Positions 13,201 to 25,200 of a stretch of DNA of 64,000 nucleotides are shown piece after piece; position 1 is the stretch's first letter, and every line of letters starts with the position of its first letter. Under the pieces are notes generated by a model that worked only from the letters and a program-made list of their open reading frames with translations, was not told the DNA's origin and made no database searches. This stretch comes from Rhina ancylostomus. Lineage: Eukaryota. Where the stretch lies: positions 379,021-443,020 of the forward strand of contig JARFYF010000119.1 of the NCBI GenBank assembly GCA_030265395.1, given 5' to 3'. Position numbers and translations under genes: made by a program.

Positions 13201-16200
13201 CTTCTAGAATATTAGGCCAAATCACTTCATAAAAGTGAGTTTTAGGGTTTTGTAAATATAAAAGGCCAAGTCTCCAGTTCAACAGCCGCAAGTAATAACA
13301 AATTAAGTACATTAACTAAATAACAGTAAGACACCTTGCCAACACTGCTCCATCTATATTAAAGCTCCTTGAAATTGGTTTTCTTTATTGTCTGGTTGAA
13401 TAAATTGTCTCATTGACAATCAGATAACTAAAGAGATACCTCAAGACTTTTTTTGAAGCTATTTAGGATTCACAGGACCCAAAACTCAGCTTGCCTCTAG
13501 AAAGTTCCTTGCCTTTCCATCAATCACTTTGAGGGAGCTTGATGTTGAGCTCTTCAATAAGGGCAAAAACATACCTGGTACTAAGGGGATTACAAACTGT
13601 GGCTGTGATTTGCTGAAGGCTTCTCTCAATTGCCTTAACATCAGTAGAAACCACAGATACAATGTACAAATGTCTAGTTAGTCAGTTTCTCCCACCAAAA
13701 ATACAGATTAGGTAATTCCTGTTTTCATTCTGTCACATGAGAAAAGCAAATACAAAAATGATTTTGCGCCTTACTGAGGAATGTTACAGGACAAATGACA
13801 TTAAGTCACAGGCTTAAAACATCTTATGATGCAGGATATGATTAAGAATTAGTTCTATAAATATAGAACAGAGGAAGTGGTTACTGGGTAAAATTTTGTA
13901 TCGAATTCCACTTTAATCTATTTTTCCAGAAGTTCCAATGAACCTCTAAGTTACAATGAGAATTCAGAAAAGTTTGATTGATTTTCAAATTACTTCTAAT
14001 TTTTGATGTTGATTGAATCACAAACCACTATGAAGTAATCAATTTGTAACAGTAATTGTTTTAAATGAATTTTTTAAAAGTGGAAAATATTCATTAATCA
14101 TGGGAATAAGTCACAGGAATGTTTGCAAGGGTGCCCTTATTGGCTGATACAATTTCAATGAAAGTTCTACAGAATGATAGCCCTCTTATCCAATTGCCAC
14201 TAGGGTTACTTTGGAAGATTAGGGAATCCTACAGAAATTCTATCTGAATTTGCTTTCACATTTCCTGAAAGCTATGGATATCTGAAATGATGAAGTACTA
14301 TACAACATTAGCATTTACCATTTATGTTTCTGAACAGTAAAAAAATACACATGATAAAACATTAAAACTTGCATGTACCTCCAGAGCCTGCTTTTGGAAT
14401 GATTCAACTTCCAGTTTCAATTTTTCCCTCTCATTCTTTAACTCATTAATTAGCCCTTGAAGGTCAGTTGTTCTTTTGTTAGTTAGTTCAAGCTGCAGCC
14501 TCAGCTCAGAGATAGTTTGCGACTTATCACCCTCAGCTTCATTTTGGTATCTCCGGAAATCATCAAATTCTGTCTTCAAATTTCTTAATTCTTCTTCCAG
14601 CTTCAGTCGTTCTTTTGTGAGATTTTCCACAATAGAACGCAGTCTCTCTATTTCACTTATGCTTTCATTCAAAGCCTTGCTTTTCTCTTCAATGGTTTTC
14701 TGCAAGTACTCATTTCTCTGATGAGCCTGTCTCACGTTCTCTTGCTCATGAATCAACTGGCGACGCAGCGTTTCTACCTCAGCGTACAATCTATTCAACT
14801 CCTCTGTGCTAATAGCCTTCTCTTTACGTTGTTGGTCCAAAGCATTCCGTTGCTCGGAGAGATCATTCTCAGCCTTCTTCTTCAAGATTGAGATTTCTTC
14901 AATCTGATGGGTGAGCTGTGTAATTGAACTTGTATGTTCCCTGCACTTCTGTTCAAAGCGTTTAACCTCCTCTTCAGCACTTCTTCTCTTTGAAGTTTCT
15001 TCATTGATATTCCTTCTCAGCTGTATTAGTTCTTCATCTACCTTATATTTTGCATTGTTTGCCTCCCTTATATTATTCTGTAGACGTGCAATTTCTTTTT
15101 CTAAACCAGCCTTTTCTCTAGATACTCTTTCATGTTCTACCTTTATAACTGTAAACTCTTGCTCTGTGGTTTTAATTTTGTTAAGTTTTTCTGCGTTTTC
15201 CTTCTGAAAATCTGTTTGCATTTGTTTCAATTTATTATTCTCATTATCCAAATGTTTTCGCTTATTTATTTCTTCCTCCAGCAAGATTTTTAGCCTTTCA
15301 ATCTCCTTTGTTTTGTCTTGGATAGCCTTTGAGGTATCCTCCTGAAATGATTTAAACCTCATAGTTTCCTCAGTTTTAAATTTGGTGAGTGTTTCTATTT
15401 CTAGTTCAAGTTCCCTCCTCTTTCTGGATTCCTCAGCACTAGCTGATTTCTGCTGCAAAATATCCTTTTCTGCCCTTTTCCTACTCATTTCAATTTCTCT
15501 GGCAGAACTTCTTAATCGATTTATTTCATCCATGAGATTCTTTTTCTCTTTCAAAGCTTTTTCCAACTGAATATTCAAAGCTGCAACATCGTCTTCCTTC
15601 TTAATAGTTAACTTTTCAACTGTGGTTTCCCTTATGTGAACCTCTTTTTCAATCTGTGACTTCAACATCCTGTTTTCCTGCTCAAACTTGTTCCTAAGCT
15701 GAACTAGTTCACTTTCAAATTGTTGCCTTTTTAAAGAGTCATTCTGCAATACACTCCTAAGCCTTTCTATCTCTTTTTCCTTGTCTTTGATTGATTTCTC
15801 AAGCTCCAATTTCAGCCAGCGAGCTTCATCAAGCTCCTTCTGTTTCATCCGGAAAGCACTGTCATGTTCATCTTTTTGCTGATCACGTTGGTTTTCAGCT
15901 AATTTTCTCTTTCTCTTTTCTTCTTCAATTTCAAATGTCAGTCTTGTTATCTTCTCATTGATTTCTTTTATTTGGATAAGTTGTGCATCCAGACTGTATT
16001 TCGTGGCATCGCGGTCTTTTTCAGCATTTCTCTTCTGCTCCTCTAGGAAGACAATCTTTTTCCGGAAGTCTGTATACTCAGTCTGAACCTGGCTTAAATG
16101 TTGATCAAGATACTTCTTCTGCTGTATACTATCAGCATTCTCATCTTGGGCATTTTTAAGTGCCTCTTCCAAAAGTTCTATTTTTGTATTTTTTATCTGT

Positions 16201-19200
16201 ATAATTAAAATTAGATGGAAGTGGCCTGTGATATTTTGGTTTGTAACCTACATTTCTTAAATACAAACATTAAGTCATCAATTGAAAAGTTGATTACAAT
16301 TTTAGTCATGGTTATAATTTAGAGCAAATAAGGAATGTCCATATTACAAGTGCACACAGTTTTAAGAATGAACCATGCTATATTACAAAAGTAAATGTAT
16401 AATTTTACTTTCTAATTGAGAATATCCAACTACAGCAATAACATTTTCTGGAAGAGTTAAAATACGTATATTAAAGCTTCAAAGAACAAAAATATATTCA
16501 CCTTTACTTCTTCCATGCTCTTCAATATCTCACTTAAGTACTTGTAGTAGTCACCAGATCTTGTAAGAAGTTCTATATAACGAGACTGCAGATCTGCAGA
16601 CTGAAGAAAAAATGTAAAAGTTTTGATGATAATCTGGAAGCCCTTGTCATCTTATTACTGCAACTAGAGCTCAGATTTCAAATTTAGTGAATTGCTTATT
16701 TATTATAACTCTTTTCCCAACTTACCTACAATAATCCCAGCAAAGTTATTCCGTGCCAGAGGTCCAAAGTCCAAGTAAGGCATGTTTACTTATTTCCTGA
16801 ACCTATTAACTCCCTTGTTGGGAATGGCTCCTGACATCAGGATTATATACGACAATAACAAAGTGCCTTAACACTCTTTTTGCTGAAAGCAGAAAATGAC
16901 TCATAACGGGTGACACCTCAGTCTCCGAGGTTGCTGGTGGAGATCAACCATCTCCATCTCAAGCATCAACCATCTCAAAATCTTCTAGCACTGGGGATGC
17001 ATAAAGAAACAGGAGAGGCACAAAGAGAGCAGAGTAAAAAGGATTTAAATTTTTTTTAAAAAGGAAAATAAGTAAGTTGGATTTCCCCAAAAGGCTTGTG
17101 AATGTTGGGATGGCAGACATGATAGTGCAGTGGTTAGCGTGATACTTTTACAGATAGATATCTCATTCATAAAATTGTATAACAGATAGGTTGGGTGTGT
17201 CTGCAAGGAACGCTAGTAGAACATGTTCAAAATGGGAATATCAGCAGTCATGCTTCTTATAAACCATCTCCTGGCAATGTTCGAACAGGCATCACAGACA
17301 CAAGAACAAGATTGGGGGTCCAGTCAATCCCTCAGCTTAGGTTTGTGTAATACCTTTGCGGAACAGCAAATGTTTAGATCCCAGAGGTCGACATTAACTA
17401 CAGCATTGCTGATACCAGTGAAAGTTAATGCAAACAAAAGTTATGCTACAAATGCAAAAGAAAAGCAGAAGACCCAGAAAACAAAATCAGTGAAAATGGG
17501 GGGGAAAATGCTGGAAATTTGAAATGAAAACAGAAAATGCTGGAAACACTCAGCAGGTCAGGCAACATCTGTGGAAGGAGAAACAGTTAATAATAACAAA
17601 TGCTGCAAAACACCATGATGCTGGAGGAACTCTGCAGGCCAGGCAGCATCCATGGAGAAAAGTAGGTGGTCAATGATTTGGGTCAGGACCCTTCTTCAGG
17701 ACTGAAGATAGAAAAAGGGGAAGCCCAATATACNNNNNNNNNNNNNNNNNNNNNNNNNNNNNNNNNNNNNNNNNNNNNNNNNNNNNNNNNNNNNNNNNNN
17801 NNNNNNNNNNNNNNNNNNNNNNNNNNNNNNNNNNNNNNNNNNNNNNNNNNNNNNNNNNNNNNNNNNNNNNNNNNNNNNNNNNNNNNNNNNNNNNNNNNNN
17901 NNNNNNNNNNNNCCTCTTTTGTCCATCTATCACTGCTCTGTTTTTCTCTCCTGTATATTGGGCTTCCCTTTTTCCTATCTTCAGTCCTGAAGAAGGGTCC
18001 TGACCTGAAGCATTGACCACCTGCTTTTCTCCATGGATGCTTCCTGGTCTGCTGAGTTCCTCCAGCATCATCATGTTTTTCATCTAGATTCCAGCATCTA
18101 CAGTCCTTTGTTTCTCTAATAAAGAATGCTGCTTGACCTGCTGAGTGCTTTCAGCACTTTCTGCCAATGACAATGGTTCTAGCTTTACAAATTGATGAGG
18201 TGATTTTGGGGACTTGAGCAAAACTATGAATCAGCCATGTTTCCACACTGCCTGATTTTCTTCTTTGCTGTGGAAGTGAAACTTCAGTGGTGTCTAACCC
18301 TAGCCAAATGAAAGTAACCTCTCAACATTTTTAATGGAACGGAATGAAGAATACTTCCTACTTTATTCCAGTAAGTTATTAACAGATCCAGCTTTCTCTC
18401 TACTTATATTTAATAATAATCTCAGTAGAGCACACAGAGGAAATTTAGGTGGGAAAATCTTATGGCTATTGAAACTTGAGCATCAAACCCCATGCCAGCC
18501 AAATGATCCAAAGGTCTAAATAATGAGTTCTGCCTTTGTAATTCTTCAGTAAAGCATCCTACTCTAAAAATTTATAATCCAGAAAACCTTTTTAAACACA
18601 ATAAATAAAATCATCAATTTGATCATCTTTGAAATACGGTATACGATCAGAAGTACACCTTAGTAATGCAACTTAGAAAACTACCAGAGGCTCTAAACTT
18701 GCAAGGATGGAAATGAGGGAGAATAACCAGGAGAACCTGGGATGTCCAATGGGATAGGTAAATGTGCAGCTGATAAAAATTAATACAGAAAAGTTTGATC
18801 TGATACATTCTGGTGTGAAGAATAAGGAGAGGCAATGGGTATAATTCTAAATGATATGCAAGAACAGAGAACCCTGGGCACATGTACTCATTGACGTTTA
18901 GGGAAGGGTGCCTGTTATAAATGCACACAGAATGTTGGGCTTGAGAGAGAGGATATGGAAACAACAAAGTTATACTGAACTTTCACAAAATAATGACTCA
19001 GTCCCCAGAATATTAAGGTAACCTCACTTGTAGAGGATGAGGCAGTCTTGGAGAAGATGCAGAAAAGATTTCCTGAAATGGTTCTCCGAGGAGCTGGAGA
19101 ATATGGAAGGAAAGCAGAGGGGAAATGTAATGGAGGTCAAAATAATATGGGATCCAGGCAGAGTAGAAGCTACTTCCATTGATGGAAGGGTCAAGAATCA

Positions 19201-22200
19201 GATTAATGATGACTAGGAAAAGAACCAAAGACAATGTGGAGATCACCTTTAGANNNNNNNNNNNNNNNNNNNNNNNNNNNNNNNNNNNNNNNNNNNNNNN
19301 NNNNNNNNNNNNNNNNNNNNNNNNNNNNNNNNNNNNNNNNNNNNNNNNNNNNNAATGTGGAGATCACCTTTAGACAGCAAAGGTGGTTAGCACTTGATGC
19401 TTTGTCTGATGGAATGCAAGGTGTAGCTTCCATCATGATTTCAAAAGAAAACTGCAACAGAACTTTAAGGAAAGAAAATTACAGAACTACAGAAGAACTA
19501 AGGACAGGGGAAATGAAACAAATGACTATGTTCTTATGGAGAATCAGTATGAACTCAAAGGGTGGAAAGGCCTCCAAACCTGTTGTTCCCCTTCTTTCAT
19601 ACCATGATAGATTTAAATAAACTCGTTTTGGTCAATGTTATTATAGCAAACAGAGAACACCTTCTCAAGGGAATTAAGACTTCAGTTACTTATTTTGCAA
19701 GCATTTTTTTTTGCATTTAACAAGACTGGTGAATTGATGGTTGCTTTAGCAAAAGCACACAAAGTTTCACATACCTCATGAAGAATTGTAGTGGAAATTG
19801 ATTGTGCCACTTGCCTCTTGACCGGAATACTGAGCAGCGTTTCCAGGCCAGCACTATACGATGCTAACTGTAGCTCGTAATCCTGTTCAATAAATAGAGT
19901 TGTGTATTTGACTCATTTCACAATACTGTGCATAAGCAGCAATATTCACTTCTTAAGACTGCATCAAAGTTTCCTACCTTTACAGATGTTGCACAGCGGT
20001 CTGCATGTTTTTGGTACTCTTCAACATCGCCTCGTTTATTCTTTATTTCTGAATGCAAGTTCTAATCAACAATAAAGCAAATATGTTAACAGGAAGGAGT
20101 TCTTTTCAACAAAATCATTCCATCTCAATAGATCATGGAATGACAAATAATCAAAGGATCATACATTTGTTGTTTGATATGAATGGCCCTAAGCTTCCTT
20201 GAGGTTAATGGCACAGAATTTCCTGCCAGTGGGTCAAACACAGTGTGATGCCATCATATGGGGCAGCCAGAAACAGGTTTCAACCACAAAACAGCTAAAA
20301 AATACTTTGACCACTGAACAAGCCACACCTTGTATTTGGCTTGCTTTTGAAAAAAAAAATCAATAAATCAAAAGAGTACTGAAATGCACTCTTCAAGTGT
20401 GAATTCATTTGACTAATCCTCCAAATTAAAATGTAGGTTGCCCAACACTTGCCTTGCCCCTGGCTCCACAGAGTGTCAGGAACAGATTCCACAGGGCAAG
20501 TGCTGAGGAACCACCACAAGTTCACACTCTACTGCTGAACACCATGAATTCCACATTGGACTGCCTTTGTGTAATGGTTAATGAAACATGGTCAACATGT
20601 TTAGAACATCAGCATTTGTAATGAATCCCAAACTTGATGGCACTGCTTCACTGGTAACAGACAACCAAACTTTTAAAAAAATCCATTTATTCCTATTGTT
20701 TACTGTCCCTTCACCAATCAAAATGTACAAATAGAATGCACTGACCATACATAGTTGATAAAAAACAAACTAAAGTATATTTTAGTAAATTTAAATTTAT
20801 ATGTATACTAGGTGAATTACTGGCTGTAATTGAAGAAGAAGTTGAAATTTTATATAGATGAATCTCAAAGTAATTTACTAACTGGAATCTGATTCAGGAA
20901 TTCAGACTTAAGGTATAAAAATGAATTGTGCAATTTTTTTTTTAAGAAAGGACTACACATTGCAACTGTTATTCCCTTTAAAGATAGGAAAAATTAAATT
21001 AATTCATGAATCATTACCCTATAGGTCACCTCAAGCACCACATCCAACACTCCCTAGGTCTCCCACATCCAATATGCCATCTAGATAAATACATGAATAG
21101 CAGAGGTTTAGAGGACTATGGGCCAAATGGGATTAGCTCGCTGGGCAAGCTAGTCAGCATGGATGAGTTGGGCTGAAGGGTCTGTTTTCATGTTGTATGA
21201 CTATGAAGCAGTTAAATGGAAAGAGCTGCATTTCCCTTCAGAATCTGGCCCATTATAAATACATGACTATGAAGCAGTTAAATGGAAAGAGCTGCCAGTA
21301 TTTCCCTTCAGAATCTGGCCTATTATAAATACATGACCATTACTGGATTGAGCAAGGTTTTGATGGGGTCAAAATTTGCAGCAAGGCTCGCTTATGGCAT
21401 GTCATTCCCCACTTTTCCAATGCCAGTTGTTGGGTTGAATATGTGACTGGCTGCTGCTTATACCTTTGTTGTGACAGACACAGGAAGGGAAAGTGAGACT
21501 GTTGCAATTTGGAGGAATTACCACCAGTTCCACATGTAATATCATGTGGATCCCAATTCTGCCACCTTAGGACATGCAATAAAAGAATTATTTTTGATGA
21601 AAGTTGAGAGTTTAAACATGGAAACTTGTCTTTCTTGGGCAATTTTCCATGCAGTTGTTCATTAGCTAGATCTACCAGCTGAGCTATTAACAGGAGCAAA
21701 CCTTTTTCCGCTTTTCTCAGTCAATACCTCAGGTCATTACATCCATATACTCAAAAGATATGCTTGGAAAGTCCTCCAAAAGGTGACAGGACGTTTCCAC
21801 CCATATTTAGCACCTCTCAAATCAGTTAAGAGGAAACATCACTTGCCCTCTGTAGCCAATGTGCTTTTCAATTGAGGGACAGCCAGAAGAAGCCTCACAT
21901 TGCCCCAGGATCACCACTGACATTGCAAATTTAGCAAGTATGAAGTCTTATTCAATCGGAATTTAATTGCCAAACATTGGGCTGAATGGCAGCCCTGGCC
22001 CCACTGCCCGGACACAAAATCTATAGGCCCTGCCCACCTGCACCTTTTCTGGACAAGCTGTCCCTTTGCACCAGTAGGCACCCAGTGATTTGGGGCAGGC
22101 TCCAAGAGGTCACTAGGTCTCTGATCATGTAGCCTGAAGTCCTGCATGTTCCTCCCAGGAACACCCAAACAGCCTTACACAGCTTTTAAAAGGCTTTAAA

Positions 22201-25200
22201 AACCATTCTTAAATGTCTGATAGGACATTATAAAACTAATCAAATTTAAATATTTTTTAAAAATCCAACACAAATTTCAGCAAAAACATATTAAGTTGGT
22301 AATAAATAATTAAAAATATTAATGCAAACAAAGCAAAAGAATACCTTCTCCTTAGGAAGAAGCACCTTCTTCCAATGCCAGTGGCTCCATTAAGCTGAGG
22401 GGTCATGTGCAAAGTGCATTTTTCCATCTCTTCAGCACATCACTGCTCCAATGCTAATCGCAAATGGCAAGCCCTGTAATGGAGTGGGTAGTCAGATGCA
22501 ACTGCATCCGACTTCCAGCTCACTTTGAACTTCTGCCTTTCATTATTTTTTAAATACAAGAGAAGGATGCCATTCAGCCCACTGAGTCTATAGCCAGAGC
22601 ACTCCCATCAGTCCCGTTCTCCTATTCCCCCTACAACCTATACTTTCTCATATTCCCATCAATTCCCTATTGGCTTTCCTGCCACCCATCTACAGTAGAG
22701 GTAATTTACAATGGCCCAATGGCCAATTAACCCTCCAGCACATCCTTGGGATGCAGGAGAATACCAGAGCACCCAGAGGATATCCATGTGGTCACAGGGA
22801 CAATATGCAACCTCCAAGGTCAGGATCGAACCTGTGCTGCTGGAGCTCTGTAGAAGCAGCACTAACTGCTGCACCACTGTGCCACCCACATCGAAGTACA
22901 AGATATGCTGAGTCCCCAACAACTGATAGTGGAATAGTTTCAGAATCAATGGCCATTGGTCTGCCCAACTTGGTTCATAACTTTTTAAAAAATTATAATT
23001 ATTCTCCTTTCCTTCTTCCCCATTTCTTATCACTCTCTCTCTTAAATACACCTTTCTCCCCCACTCTCATAGTTTCTGTACCCACTTTAAATCTAACATT
23101 TATTTTCTGGTTTAGATAATGCACGTTCTTTCATCTTTTGGGTTGAGAAGTCAGGCTAAATATTACCTTGCTGACATTTGTCACAGACTCTGGGAGAGAA
23201 TGCCATGCTGTAACAGATGGGCAATGATGTAGGTTACCACTCAAAAGCTTTCTAAGAGTCAGCAGTGCTTAGCATAATGAACAGCCAAAGTTCCTTTGTG
23301 ACAATCTCAAAATCCTAATACTCAAAATCCCAATTTCCTTCCGGAACACAAGGAATTATGGGTGAACCTGAATGTCAAATGGTCATTCTCCTGACCTTGG
23401 TTGTGTTGCTCAGACTCATTTTATAAAATGTGTGTTTGTTTTAGCTATTTATCCTATGGGTCATGAGATTAATCACATCCACAGAACAAAATAAATTTGT
23501 CCTTTACTATATTTTTTCTGGAAATGTGTAACACTGCTCATATCTGTCATATTTCCCTACAACATAGGAGACCAGTTAGCCTATCAAGTCAATGCTGACT
23601 CATCTATCCCATTCCCCACTTGTTACCATTCTCATCTGTTCTCTTGTATAAGCCCATTAACAACCCTCTAATTCTCCCACCAGCCATCTACATCAGGGGC
23701 AATTTACAGTACCAGTGAACCTAACTGCCAGCATATCTTTGGGACATGGGTGGAAAATGGAATACTCAGGAGGAAATCCACATGGTCACCTAATTAAAAA
23801 TACCTTCCATGTTTCATGTGAGAGCAAAACATGCAATCTAAATCCATATGTTTTGCTAGATTGAGCTATCTGGATTTAACATTCTAAAACTGGTTATAAC
23901 TGATGTACAATGGTTATATGTTCACTGGTTGTAAATATAGCACATACCACAAAAAATACCAACCTTCTGTTCATTCAGCTGCTGTAAAAGGAAATTTGTA
24001 TCCTCACACCTGTTGATTTGCAACCCATCCTGTTTGCGTTTTGTTACATCAATCCACTTACTAAGCTTCTGAAACAAATCTCCATAGTCTCTGAGCTGCT
24101 TACGTTCTTTATCTAAATCACAATACCTGCATGACACAAACAAAACACAAACATTTAATTCCTTGAGAGTAAATGTTCTGGGCTTTAGAAAGAAACAGTT
24201 ACTAGAATACAAGTGTAAGAGAAGTTACTTGAAGGAGGAAGTCATCTTTACAATGGATAATCTGTAGTGTTTACCTTCCCCAAACTGCCCTCTGATAACA
24301 ACTACTATTGATGGTCAGTACTGACCATTATCTGGAATTGCCCAAGTTACAACCTTTGCAACTGATGAATGGATGGCCTGAGCTAGGCACTAGATATTAG
24401 ACCTCTTCAACACCTTCCACTTTCAGGCTGTATACTCCTAGGACAACTGGGATGTAGAATTTGATTTGAAATTCATAAAAGTTGGAACTTTCTAGACTCA
24501 ATATCGAATTCTTCAACTTCAGGTAACTCACTTTCTGTCTGTATCTCTACTGGCCATTTCTGCTGGAGGTCATCCACCTGTGCTATTGGCTTGTTGTTTG
24601 TTCTCCATTCTCTATTAGCATAGCCTGACCTGCTGGGCATTTCTCACAACCCCACTATTTGCTGCACGTTACACTTCTTTGTATTATCAGCCTTTTACTG
24701 CCCCATCACCAATCTGACTGGAGGACAACTTTTCACCAGGGCAACCCTAGCATCACCCTCAATATTAAGTTGCAGATGAGGTAAAACAAGGGAATATCTA
24801 ACTTGTTTTCTTTCTTTCCCAGTTCTGACAAAGGGTCTTTANNNNNNNNNNNNNNNNNNNNNNNNNNNNNNNNNNNNNNNNNNNNNNNNNNNNNNNNNNN
24901 NNNNNNNNNNNNNNNNNNNNNNNNNNNNNNNNNNNNNNNNNTAACCCGAAAAATTAACTGTTTCTCTTTCCACAACACGCTGCCTGTTTCCAGTATTTTC
25001 TGTTTTTATTACAGAATTTTATTTGTGTATTTCAGAGTATTTTAGGTACTTGTCACGTTCATCGATTAGACTGATGAGAAATGGCCATACAATACTTTTC
25101 TACTCAGAACAAGACACCAATAGAGATGGATGCAATACCTTGTCTCAACTGCACTGTTAAAATAAAAGTAGTTTTCTGAACTGCATAGGTTTTACTAATT

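Noticed and set aside
14476-15570. Ser/Leu/Phe-rich plus-strand ORFs
   Set aside because: Reverse complement of the E/K-rich rod codons.
22820-22890. tRNA-like A/B boxes (also near 17110-17150)
   Set aside because: These are SINE heads. No cloverleaf or acceptor stem is evident, and the 22.8 kb copy continues into a V-SINE body.
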